Assembly (NCBI RefSeq): GCF_014197795.1
Contig: NZ_JACIGI010000007.1
Coordinates: forward strand, 1 to 32,000
Direction: 5' to 3'
DNA length: 32,000 nt
From: Roseospira goensis
Lineage (GTDB): Bacteria; Pseudomonadota; Alphaproteobacteria; Rhodospirillales; Rhodospirillaceae
Both the position numbers and the translations under genes were made by a program. Every line of letters starts with the position of its first letter. The stretch's first letter is position 1. This document shows, piece after piece, positions 16,438 through 25,015 of this stretch. Under the pieces are notes generated by a model. It was not told where the DNA came from and did no database searches. It was given only the letters and a program-made list of their open reading frames with translations.

Positions 16438-18447
16438 TCAGTAATCCATGCGGTACGGCACGTGGACATGATCACCGGCGGCATGGCGGGCGAAGGACAG
16501 CACCTCCTCCTCCATCAGGCCGCGCCATTTCAGCCGCCGCCCCGACCGGGGGCTCTGGATCGGCCGGTCCAGCCACGCCTCCCACTCGCGCAGGATGGTG
16601 CGTCGCCCCTCCGGCATCACCCGGCAATGGCCGTCCTCGGTGGTGAGGAAGTGGTCCGGCTTCAGGTGGCGCTGGTTGAACAGCGTCAGGGTGGCCGCCT
16701 CCGGCAGCGGACCGCGCAGCGGCTCCAACAGGTCGAACACACAGCCGGCATGGTAATCCCGCGTGCCATGCAGCACGCCAAACCCCGGATGCAGCCCGTG
16801 GCGCACCACCAGCACCTCGACCTCCCGCGTCAGCAGCGCCGACAGCCACGACAGCACCAGATTGACCGGGTCCGGCGGCGGCCGCCGCAACCGCCGGTCC
16901 AGCCGCCATGGTGCCCGCAACAGGCGCGCCAGCGCCGGCCAGTACAGGGCCGTCGCCTCGCCCTCCACCCCCAGCACGGCCGCCACGTCGCCCTTCACCG
17001 CCACCTTGCGCAGGATGCGGCCGATGCGCGCGGCGGCCTTCGTGACCTCGGTGTCCTTCAGCGAGCGGTTCAGCCGCCGCAGCAGGGCGCGCTGATTGTG
17101 GATGCGGGCCGCGACCAGCGCGCGGGCGGCCTCGGTCCGCGCCCCCTCGTCCAGCACCAGGCGCGCCTGGGCCAGGTGCAGGCCCGCGCGCTCGCGCGGC
17201 GCCGGCAGGCACGCACCCACGGCGCGACCCCAGCCGTCCACCAGATGCACCGGAATGTCATCCAGCAGGCAGGCGCGCAGGGCCTCGTCGTCAAAGCCGG
17301 CGCCGGGACCGATCTCCACCCGCCCTGCACGGCCGGGGCCAATCGCCAGCAGATCGTGGCCGGCCTCCTCGACCGTCAGGCTCTGGTTGCGCAGGCCGAG
17401 GCGCCGCCCCGGCTCCATGATGTAGAGCACCCGGGTCACGGCGGCCAGACCGGCGGCCTCTTCCTCCTGGCGGCGCGCCTCGGCCGCCGTCTCCGCCGCG
17501 TCCTGGCGGGCGATGGCGCGCAGCACCGCCGTGGCGGGGTCGTCCTCGGCCGGCTCGCCACCCGGCGACGGCATGACCAGCGACTTGACGAACAGGTGGC
17601 CCAGGAACCGGAAGCCCTGGTCGAACGAGACGATGCGCGTCTTATCGGGATTGAGCGACAGGCCAAGCCGCTCCAGCGCCGTGCCCACGCCGGCCAGCGC
17701 CCGCCGCGCCGCCGCCTCGCTGCGGCACAGCAGCACGAAATCGTCGGCGTAGCGCACCAGGCGCACTCCGGGGCCGAAGGTCGCCGCCAGGGCCTCCTCG
17801 TCGAGGGCATCGAGATAGAGGTTGGACAGCAAGGGCGACAGCGGCGAGCCCTGCGGCAGCCCCGCCCCGCCCTCGCCGGCGTGCTCCAGCCACACGGCGA
17901 TCAGGTCCATCAGCGCCGGGTCGTCGATGTGGGTCTCCAGCACCGCCAGCAGGGGCGCGTGCGGCACGCGGTCGAAATACCGCTCGATGTCGCCGTCCAC
18001 CACCCAGGTGTGGCCGGCCCGCCGCAGCGCCTGGATGCGGGCCACCGCCTGCGCCACCGAACGGCCAGGGCGATAGGCGAAACTGACCTCCTCGAACGCC
18101 GGCTCCAGCACAGGCACCAGCGCGTCGGTCACCGCCGTCTGCACCACCCGGTCGCGGACGCAGGGAATGGTCAACACGCGTTCGCCGCCGTCACGCTTCG
18201 GCACCGCCACCCGCCGCAACGGCCCGGGGGCGTAGCTGCCGTCGCGCAGGGCCTTGTGAAGGCTCAACAGGCGCACGGCGGCCCCGTCGTCGAACTGCGT
18301 GACGGTCAGGCCGTCGCCCCCCGCCGCGCCGGCGTTGGCCCGCACCCGATGCCAGGCGCGTTCCAGGCTGTCCAGCCGCGTCGCGGCGTCGTACAGTGCG
18401 TGACGGGCCGGCCGGCGATCGGACGGGCGGGAGGCTCGGGGTGCCAT
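16438..18447 (-). CDS. cas1: Reverse transcriptase-Cas1 fusion (RT-Cas1)
   Basis: Group-II-intron-like RT N-terminus (LERAWHRVRANAGAAGGDGLTV), RT motifs LPQGSPLSPLLSNLYL and YADDFVLL, and a thumb-like region LSLNPDKTRIVSF..GFRFLGH. The C-terminal ~300 aa are Cas1-like and are followed by cas2. The ATG at 18447 is preferred over the ORF-track start at 18618, because the RT homology begins just after it. Confidence 0.9.
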   Translation of the reverse strand: MAPRASRPSDRRPARHALYDAATRLDSLERAWHRVRANAGAAGGDGLTVTQFDDGAAVRLLSLHKALRDGSYAPGPLRRVAVPKRDGGERVLTIPCVRDRVVQTAVTDALVPVLEPAFEEVSFAYRPGRSVAQAVARIQALRRAGHTWVVDGDIERYFDRVPHAPLLAVLETHIDDPALMDLIAVWLEHAGEGGAGLPQGSPLSPLLSNLYLDALDEEALAATFGPGVRLVRYADDFVLLCRSEAAARRALAGVGTALERLGLSLNPDKTRIVSFDQGFRFLGHLFVKSLVMPSPGGEPAEDDPATAVLRAIARQDAAETAAEARRQEEEAAGLAAVTRVLYIMEPGRRLGLRNQSLTVEEAGHDLLAIGPGRAGRVEIGPGAGFDDEALRACLLDDIPVHLVDGWGRAVGACLPAPRERAGLHLAQARLVLDEGARTEAARALVAARIHNQRALLRRLNRSLKDTEVTKAAARIGRILRKVAVKGDVAAVLGVEGEATALYWPALARLLRAPWRLDRRLRRPPPDPVNLVLSWLSALLTREVEVLVVRHGLHPGFGVLHGTRDYHAGCVFDLLEPLRGPLPEAATLTLFNQRHLKPDHFLTTEDGHCRVMPEGRRTILREWEAWLDRPIQSPRSGRRLKWRGLMEEEVLSFARHAAGDHVHVPYRMDY

Positions 18448-18710
18448 GGGGCCGCTCTCCGGAGGCGGCGGGCGCGGCGCGGGATCGGAAACCGGGCGAC
18501 GGAAAGGATGGCCCCGGTCGCGCCACACCGATCTTTGGTTTGGTTTCCGTATATCAGTGGAAAGGGCGGAAGGCAATGATCGCATTGATGAATCGGCGTC
18601 CACAGCAAGCGCGATCAACCCAAGGGTGTTTTTGTTCGCCTTTTGCGTGTTCTATCAGTGGAAACCGGGGGGTGAAATTCGGCCTTGCGCAAACCCTTGC
18701 GAGGGGGTGG
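18448..18710. promoter_or_regulatory. Divergent intergenic region: RT-cas1 promoter side and leader of CRISPR array 3
   Basis: Lies between the RT-cas1 start (minus strand) and the first repeat of array 3. Contains two copies of the TCAGTGGAAA motif (18554-18564 and 18655-18665). Its repeat-proximal segment is similar to the array 2 leader. Confidence 0.6.
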
Positions 18711-19459
18711 GGTGAACACCCTTCCGCTTGACCACGCGGACTGAAACTCCGGCCGGCAGGCCGAATCCACCGGGCACCCCGCGGTGAACACCCTTCCGCT
18801 TGACCACGCGGACTGAAACCTACGGCTTGTGATCCCCGCTTCTTCTGCCATTGGTGAACACCCTTCCGCTTGACCACGCGGACTGAAACAGAATGCCGAC
18901 CGACGCGATGGTCCCAATCGACGGTGAACACCCTTCCGCTTGACCACGCGGACTGAAACATCGCACCGCGAGGTCGCCGGGAGGCACTGAATCGGGTGAA
19001 CACCCTTCCGCTTGACCACGCGGACTGAAACTTCATCTCGGCATCCCAGCCGCCGAGAAAGAACTGGTGAACACCCTTCCGCTTGACCACGCGGACTGAA
19101 ACCATCGCCATTGTCGGCGAGGCGGACAGCCGCGGGTGAACACCCTTCCGCTTGACCACGCGGACTGAAACTTCTTCTTGTGGCGTTGCATCGCCACGTG
19201 CTCCTCGGTGAACACCCTTCCGCTTGACCACGCGGACTGAAACCAAGCTTTGCAGCCAGTAGAGGAGCGCATCCCAAAAGGTGAACACCCTTCCGCTTGA
19301 CCACGCGGACTGAAACTTGTCGATGAACCGCAGTCCGATCCGCCGGGTATGGTGAACACCCTTCCGCTTGACCACGCGGACTGAAACAACTGCGTCACTG
19401 CATCACTAATCGCCGCAGACACGGTGAATACCTTTCCGCTTATACAAGCGGACCGGGCG
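18711..19459 (+). CRISPR. CRISPR array 3: 10 repeats of GGTGAACACCCTTCCGCTTGACCACGCGGACTGAAAC plus one degenerate terminal repeat, 10 spacers (32-36 nt)
   Basis: Repeats at 18711, 18783, 18853, 18923, 18995, 19066, 19135, 19207, 19280 and 19351. A decayed copy at 19423 reads ggtgaatacctttccgcttatacaagcggaccgggcg. The repeat differs from the array 2 repeat only at positions 20-21 (AT to GA). Confidence 0.97.
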
Positions 19460-19526
19460 CCGGCGCCGCCCCACCCGAGCCCACCGACCCACGCCCTCTG
19501 ATTGCACTCCGACCCGCCCCGCCGTT

Positions 19527-20534
19527 ATGCTGTCGTCCGCATCAGGGGGCAGCCGGAGGGCGGCGATGGAGGGCTCGGACGCGCGGTGGACCACCCACCC
19601 CAACCGTCTGCGACAGCGATTGGCGGCGCCGCTCGACCACGCCACGGCGGACGACCTGCTCGCCCGCTGGTTCCAGGCCGAAATCGTGGCGCGGCTCGGC
19701 CCCGGTCTGAGCCCGGATCGGATCACCGACCCGCGCCTTCCCGGCCGCCTGCGCGGCGCCCTGGGCGACGCCCTGCTGGAAGGCGCCAGCGCCGAGGCCC
19801 GCGCGGAACAACCCTGCCCGTGGGATCCGCCCTGCGCGCTGGACGTGCTGTGGGGCGAGACCGGCAGCGTGCGCCGGGGCGTGGAGATCCCGCGCCCGTT
19901 CGTGATCCGCGTCGATCCCGATCCGCCGGACGGCGGCCGCGTCACCCTGTCGCTGTTCGGCTTCGCCACCGATTGGGCGGAGGGCGTGGCGGACGCCCTG
20001 GTGCGCGCCCTGCGGGGCGGCCTCGGCGGCGGGGCGGACGGCGCCCGCCTGACCCTGGAGCCCCGACACCGCGCCATCGTCACGCCGGAGCCCCCCGCGC
20101 CGGTGATGCCGGAGGTCGTCGAACCGGGCCTGGGGGTGGTGGCGCTGACTGTGCGCACGCCCCTGGTGCTGCGGCGCCGGTCCGCGCTGGTGCTCGACCC
20201 CCTGGCCCTGCTGACCAGCCTGTCGCGGCGCGCGGAGGGCTTCGCGCGCTGGCACGACACCGCGTTGACGGTGGACGGCGATGCCCTGGCCGAGACGGCC
20301 TCGGCCCTGACGCTGGATGGTCAGGGGCTCAGCCCGGCCGGCTGGACCCGGGGTTCGGCGCGCCAACCCGGGCGAAGCATTCCGGTGACGGGGGTTGTGG
20401 GCCGGCTGGTGCTGCGCGGCCCGCCGGAGGCCCTGGCGCGCGCGGGGGCGCTGCTGGCCCTTGGCAGCCGATTCGGCGCCGGCGGTCATGCCGCGCAGGG
20501 GATGGGACGCTACGACATCGATCGCGGCGCATGA
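19527..20534 (+). CDS. cas6: Cas6-like RAMP endoribonuclease (divergent)
   Basis: 335-aa ORF immediately after array 3; an alternative ATG lies at 19566. The C-terminal G-rich loop LGSRFGAGGHAAQGMGRYDI fits the Cas6 GxGxxxxxGxG-type motif. It is the only candidate pre-crRNA processing enzyme in the locus. The rest of the sequence is too divergent to judge by eye. Confidence 0.55.
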   Translation: MLSSASGGSRRAAMEGSDARWTTHPNRLRQRLAAPLDHATADDLLARWFQAEIVARLGPGLSPDRITDPRLPGRLRGALGDALLEGASAEARAEQPCPWDPPCALDVLWGETGSVRRGVEIPRPFVIRVDPDPPDGGRVTLSLFGFATDWAEGVADALVRALRGGLGGGADGARLTLEPRHRAIVTPEPPAPVMPEVVEPGLGVVALTVRTPLVLRRRSALVLDPLALLTSLSRRAEGFARWHDTALTVDGDALAETASALTLDGQGLSPAGWTRGSARQPGRSIPVTGVVGRLVLRGPPEALARAGALLALGSRFGAGGHAAQGMGRYDIDRGA

Positions 20535-20602
20535 CGGATCGGCGGCCCCCAGCAAGACGCCCGGCCCAGCCCTCCCTTCCCGGAGTCCTTACCAGGTGCC
20601 GG

Positions 20603-21886
20603 TCATGGGGAAGGCGCTCCACGGGCGGATCGCGCCCCTGCAAGCGTGACCAGGGTACCACCGGCCTCCGAGCCCCGGACCAACCGCATAACGTGCGCCT
20701 CCCAGGCGTCCCAGGCCATGCGCTTTTCGGTCGCGAAATCGTGATGCTGGTAGACGCCGACCACCCCGGAAAAGGTGCCCGAGACGTGGTTCAGGCACTT
20801 CTCGACGGTGGCAATGTTGATGCCCAGCCGGGCCATGCCGGAGGCGACGGTTCGCCGGATATCATGCACGCGCCACGGCTGGATTTCGTCGCCCGTGAGT
20901 TCGGCCATGAGGCGGTCGCACTGTTTCTTGGCGACGCTATGCCCGGAAATGGGCGCCGTTCCGCCGGTCGTGAACACATAGACGGGCTTCCTGCCGCGCT
21001 CGGGCGCGATTTTCGGCTGGGCCTCGATCATCTTGATGGCCGTGTCGGTCAGGTGGACGGCATGGGGCCGGCTGTTCTTGGTTCTGGTGCCCGGGATGGT
21101 CCAGGTCCGTTTGTCCAGGTCCAGTTCATCCCAGCGCATCCCGCAGACTTCATCTCGCCGGCATCCGGTCAGGACCAGCAGCTTATATGTAGGACCGAAC
21201 GCGCCCATGCGGTCGGTCGCGGCCCACAGGGCTTTCAGTTCAGTATCGGTCAGGGTGCGGTCTCGCGTCACCTTCGGCGCCGGGGCCGACACGTCGGCAC
21301 AGGGCGACGTTTCCAGGATGCCCCGCTCGACACACCACGCGCACATCTTCCGCAGGGCGGCCAGGACCCGGTTGCTCAGGGTCGGGCACCCCCGGTCAAC
21401 GATGGCGTCCAGGATTTCGATAATGTCGCGCCGCTGCACCTCCTGGATGGTCTTCCCCTTCAGGAGGGGCAAAGCCTCCTTGCGCAACAGGCGTTCGGTT
21501 TCCGCCCAGGACTTGTTCCGGCCCTTGGCGTACCGCTCGACAAACAGGGTAATGACGGCGTCCACGTCGTCCCGTTGCCGGGCCTGCTCGGCGTCCCGTT
21601 CGGCCCGCTCGGCGGCCTCCCTGGCCTTGCGCGGGTCGGCGCCGGCGGCCAGCAAGCGCAGCCCCTTCTTCGCCATGTCGCGCGCGTCGGCCAGCCCCAG
21701 GGCCGGATACGGACCCAGGCGGAACTTTGCGGGTTTGCCGGCCCATCGGTAGCGCAGGGACCACGATTTCCGGCCGGTCGGTTCGACCGTCAGATACAAC
21801 CCGTTGAGGGCCGCGTCGGGGATTTCCTGGCGCTTGTCGGTCGCCTTCCTGGCCTTCACCGACCGCTCGGTCAGCACCTCACCCAT
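20603..21886 (-). CDS. int: Tyrosine recombinase, P4-type phage/island integrase
   Basis: N-terminal arm-binding (DUF4102-like) signature LTERSVKA...GLYLTVEPTGRKSWSLRYRWAGKPAKFRLGPYP. Catalytic motifs TGCRRDEVCGMRWDELD, HDIRRT and LNHVSG..GVYQHH. The ATG at 21886 is preferred (427 aa). Confidence 0.9.
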   Translation of the reverse strand: MGEVLTERSVKARKATDKRQEIPDAALNGLYLTVEPTGRKSWSLRYRWAGKPAKFRLGPYPALGLADARDMAKKGLRLLAAGADPRKAREAAERAERDAEQARQRDDVDAVITLFVERYAKGRNKSWAETERLLRKEALPLLKGKTIQEVQRRDIIEILDAIVDRGCPTLSNRVLAALRKMCAWCVERGILETSPCADVSAPAPKVTRDRTLTDTELKALWAATDRMGAFGPTYKLLVLTGCRRDEVCGMRWDELDLDKRTWTIPGTRTKNSRPHAVHLTDTAIKMIEAQPKIAPERGRKPVYVFTTGGTAPISGHSVAKKQCDRLMAELTGDEIQPWRVHDIRRTVASGMARLGINIATVEKCLNHVSGTFSGVVGVYQHHDFATEKRMAWDAWEAHVMRLVRGSEAGGTLVTLAGARSARGAPSP

Positions 21887-22051
21887 CCTCTGATCTCCGG
21901 CTCTGGGTAACAGCTGGGTAACGCGCGACACGATATCGTGTGTTACCCAGCGATGCTATCTTGCCATATCGGAGGGCATCATGACTATGAAAAACAAGCA
22001 TTTTATGGCGGCAAAATGCTATGACATGAGACCCCTGGATATGGGTCTACC

Positions 22052-22101
22052 TCTCACTACGGATCAGAAGGTTGGGAGTTCGAATCTTCCCGGGCGCGCC
22101 A
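22052..22101 (+). tRNA. 3' half of tRNA-Arg(ACG), not a complete gene; probable att junction
   Basis: Read by hand: anticodon stem TCTCA/TCAGA (4 of 5 pairs), loop CTACGGA (anticodon ACG), variable AGGTT, T-arm GGGAG-TTCGAAT-CTTCC, acceptor 3' strand CGGGCGC, discriminator G, then CCA. No complementary 5' acceptor strand (GCGCCCG) and no canonical D-arm lies at the required distance upstream. Confidence 0.6.
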
Positions 22102-22471
22102 TATTTTCCAAGGGCTTAGCCCTCAAAACGGCCTCGCAATGCGGGGCCGTTCTTCGTTGGGGTGAGGCGAGCCCGCATGCCTCACCACTGGAGCCGGGCG
22201 CGGGATTTGGCACACCGGCCGGGCGTCTGGGGACCGGGGTCACCACGGGCTCCGGCGGCCAGGGTCGCGATCTGCCGTCTTCCCGATAGGGACCTGTGTC
22301 ACCAGGGGCTGGCAGGCGCGGGGCGCGGCTGGAGGGAGACGCGCATCAGGGCCCGGCCGCTTTCGGGCCGGGTCGCTGGTGTCAGGTCTGTTCCCCTGCC
22401 GTTGGCGATGGGGTGACGGGGCCGCGTTACGCCCCGGCGGTCGGGGACAGGCCGGCGGCTGTCCGCTGCCG

Positions 22472-23080
22472 TCACCGACCACCGGGGCGCTGGGCACGGT
22501 TGAACTCGACCTGATCGGCGGTGAGCTGGAAGCCGATGTAGATCGGATAGTCCAGCGCGCTCTCGCCCGCCGCCATGGGCACGGTGACACTGACCTCCTC
22601 GCCCACGTAGCGCACCCGGTCGGTGCCCTCGGGGAACAGGATGCTGGTCTCGAACACCTGCTTGCCGGCGGGCGCGGGATAGAAGCGCGGGATGGCGACG
22701 AAGTAGCGGATGTCCTGGCGCCGCCCCTCGGCCGCCGGCCCCAGCGCCGCCGTCATGTCCAGGACCAGATCCACGCGCGCGGCCGTCGTCGCGTCCTCCG
22801 CATCGTCGTCGAGGTACTGGCACTCGCCCTGGAAGCCGGCCAGTTCGGCCTCCAGCACCACGTCCGTCAGGTCGCGGCCGGGCCCCGGGCGGAAGCGGGT
22901 CAACTCGGCGGTCGAGGCCTCCAGCCGCACCGGCGGACAGGGCCGCGCCTCGCGGTTCTCGAACACGTTGGCGCACCCGGTCAGCAGGCCCCCGAGAAGC
23001 AGGACGGGCAGCAGCAGCGGCACCAGGGCCAGGGCGCGGGCAGCACGGGGACGGCGACGGAGGGGCAGGGCGGCGGCCAT
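22472..23080 (-). CDS. Putative lipoprotein
   Basis: 202-aa ORF with a signal peptide and lipobox (LLLGGLLTGC). No family recognised. Confidence 0.6.
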   Translation of the reverse strand: MAAALPLRRRPRAARALALVPLLLPVLLLGGLLTGCANVFENREARPCPPVRLEASTAELTRFRPGPGRDLTDVVLEAELAGFQGECQYLDDDAEDATTAARVDLVLDMTAALGPAAEGRRQDIRYFVAIPRFYPAPAGKQVFETSILFPEGTDRVRYVGEEVSVTVPMAAGESALDYPIYIGFQLTADQVEFNRAQRPGGR

Positions 23081-23137
23081 GGGACGGGTCTCGCGACGAA
23101 GGAACGGGAACGGGAACGGGAGCAGCGGCCCCGCGTC

Positions 23138-23398
23138 TCAGGACGCGGGCGCCGGCGGCAGCGTGGTGTGGGTGCCGTCGCAGAACGGCGGATCGGCGGT
23201 CTGCTTGCAGCCGCACAGGAACACCGTCTCGTCGGCCTCGGCGGTGAACCGGCGCGGCGCCAGCCCGCTGCCCTTGTGGGCGCCGTCGCAGAACGGTTGG
23301 GTCGCGGAGCGGCCGCAGGCGCACCAGAGGTAGCGCTGGCCGGCCTTGAGTGTCACTTCGAAGGGATGGCGCGGCGGGGTCGGTTCGGTGTCGGTCAT
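23138..23398 (-). CDS. CDGSH iron-sulfur domain protein
   Basis: Two CDGSH-type motifs: C-x-C-GRS...FCDGAH and C-x-C-K...FCDGTH. Confidence 0.85.
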   Translation of the reverse strand: MTDTEPTPPRHPFEVTLKAGQRYLWCACGRSATQPFCDGAHKGSGLAPRRFTAEADETVFLCGCKQTADPPFCDGTHTTLPPAPAS

Positions 23399-23574
23399 CG
23401 CGGCGGCCTCCGGTCGGGAACGGGAACGGGGACGGCGAGCGGCGGGGAGTGGCGCCGGCGGGCGGGATCGGCTACAACCCCCGGACCCGTCGGGCCGCGG
23501 CCACCATACCCGCGCCGGCCGTCCCCGTCTGCCCCGAATCGCCCGCCCTCCATCGCCTGTCCGACCCGATCCGC

Positions 23575-24537
23575 ATGGCCGTCTACACCGAAGTCAGCGA
23601 CGACGCCCTGGACGCCTTCCTGGAGCAGTACCGGGTCGGGCGCGCCCTGTCCTGCAAGGGCATCGCCGAGGGGGTGGAGAACTCCAACTACCTGGTGCAG
23701 ACCGAGACCGGGCCGCTGATCCTGACACTCTACGAAAAGCGGGTGGATCCGGGCGACCTGCCGTTCTTCCTCGGCCTGATGGACCACCTGGCGGCGCGCG
23801 GCATCCCGTGCCCGACGCCGGTGCGGGGGCGCGACGGCGAGACCCTGCGCCTGCTCGCCGGGCGGCCGGCGGCGCTGGTGAGCTTCCTGTCCGGCATGTG
23901 GCCGCGACACATCACGCCGCACCATTGCGATCGCCTGGGCACCGCGCTGGCCCGCCTGCACGCGGCCGGGCGCGACTTCCCGATGACCCGGCGCAATGGC
24001 CTGGGTCTGCCGGACTGGCGCCCCCTGTTCGACCGCTGCGCCGATCACGCCGACGAGGTCCACCCCGGCCTGGCGGCGGAGCTGGACCGCGATCTGGCCG
24101 ACCTGGAGGCGGGCTGGCCGGTGGGGCTGCCCACGGGCGTGATCCACGCCGACCTGTTCCCGGACAATGTGTTCTTCCTGCGCGACGAGATTTCGGGCCT
24201 GATCGACTTCTATTTCGCCTGCACCGATTTCCTGGCCTACGACGTCGCCGTGTGCCTGAACGCGTGGTGCTTCGAGCGCCCGGGCGAGTTGAACGTGACC
24301 AAGGCGCGCCGGCTGCTGGACCGCTACCGCGCCACCCGACCGGTGACGGACGCCGAGGTGGCGGCGCTGCCGGTGCTGGCCCAGGGCGCGGCCATCCGGT
24401 TCCTGCTGACGCGCCTGTACGACTGGGTGAACACGCCGCCCGGCGCCCTGGTCAAGCCCAAGGACCCGTTGGAGTACCTGCACATCCTGCGCTTCCATCG
24501 CGGCGTCGACGGCGCCGCCGCCTACGGGCTGGCGTAG
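23575..24537 (+). CDS. thrB: Homoserine kinase, type II (ThrB, APH-like)
   Basis: [22 protein letters not shown]...[11 protein letters not shown]...LTLYEKRV is the characteristic N-terminus, with the catalytic region [14 protein letters not shown]. The ATG at 23575 is chosen over the 23350 track start, whose N-terminal extension is Arg/Gly/Pro-rich. Confidence 0.9.
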   Translation: MAVYTEVSDDALDAFLEQYRVGRALSCKGIAEGVENSNYLVQTETGPLILTLYEKRVDPGDLPFFLGLMDHLAARGIPCPTPVRGRDGETLRLLAGRPAALVSFLSGMWPRHITPHHCDRLGTALARLHAAGRDFPMTRRNGLGLPDWRPLFDRCADHADEVHPGLAAELDRDLADLEAGWPVGLPTGVIHADLFPDNVFFLRDEISGLIDFYFACTDFLAYDVAVCLNAWCFERPGELNVTKARRLLDRYRATRPVTDAEVAALPVLAQGAAIRFLLTRLYDWVNTPPGALVKPKDPLEYLHILRFHRGVDGAAAYGLA

Positions 24538-24541
24538 GGCG

Positions 24542-25015
24542 ATGGCGGCGGCATCCGACGCGGGGGCGGGGGACGAGGTCACGCTGGTGACCGACGGGGC
24601 CTGTTCGGGCAATCCCGGCCCGGGCGGCTGGGGCGCGCTGTTGATCTATAAGGGCCGCGAGCGCGAACTGTCCGGCGGCGAGCCCCTGACCACCAACAAT
24701 CGCATGGAACTGATGGCGGTGATCGCCGGAGCGGAGGCGCTGAAACGGCCGTGCCCGGTGCGCATTGTCACCGACAGCCAGTACGTGATGAAGGGCATCA
24801 CCGAATGGCTCGCCGGCTGGAAGCGCAAGGGCTGGAAGACGGCGGCCAAGACCCCGGTCAAGAACGCGGATCTGTGGCGCCGCCTGGATGCCGCGCTGGC
24901 GCCGCACACGGTGCGCTGGGAGTGGGTGCGTGGCCATGCCGGCCATCCCGAGAACGAGCGCGTCGACGCCCTGGCGCGGGCGGCGGCGCGTGACGCCGCG
25001 GCCGCGGGCGGCTGA
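24542..25015 (+). CDS. rnhA: Ribonuclease HI
   Basis: [35 protein letters not shown], and [19 protein letters not shown]. Confidence 0.93.
   Translation: MAAASDAGAGDEVTLVTDGACSGNPGPGGWGALLIYKGRERELSGGEPLTTNNRMELMAVIAGAEALKRPCPVRIVTDSQYVMKGITEWLAGWKRKGWKTAAKTPVKNADLWRRLDAALAPHTVRWEWVRGHAGHPENERVDALARAAARDAAAAGG

Larger units (their letters stand above)
20603..22101. mobile_element. Integration module (integrase + tRNA-derived att core) marking the right end of the CRISPR-bearing island
   Basis: The integrase sits 166 bp from a tRNA-Arg 3' half. Gene content switches from defence and mobile genes on the left to housekeeping genes on the right. No second copy of the att core was found in the window, so the left boundary is not visible. 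Confidence 0.55.

Noticed and set aside
18554-19422. ORFs 18554..19375, 18615..19304 and 19033..19422 on the minus strand over array 3
   Set aside because: Repeat-derived periodic peptides (VSVRVVKRKGVH, FQSAWSSGRVFT); not coding.
3817-19422. Looked for spacers matching other parts of this window (self-targeting) or shared between arrays
   Set aside because: None was evident by eye beyond 8-nt chance matches. A proper alignment search is needed before making any claim.
22025-22101. Possibility of a complete tRNA gene, given a GACCC-ctggatat-GGGTC hairpin upstream that looks D-arm-like
   Set aside because: No 5' acceptor strand complementary to CGGGCGC exists. The hairpin is 4 nt out of register with the anticodon stem. 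It was therefore called only as a 3' half/att core. tRNAscan-SE should confirm this.
22102-22471. Several GC-rich hairpins (e.g. AACGGCC...GGCCGTT at ~22128-22152, GGTGAGGC...GCCTCACC at ~22160-22185) and ORFs 22162..22416 and 22296..22514
   Set aside because: The hairpins may be terminators or att-flanking structure, but nothing distinguishes them from the background secondary structure of high-GC intergenic DNA. The ORFs lack any coding signature.
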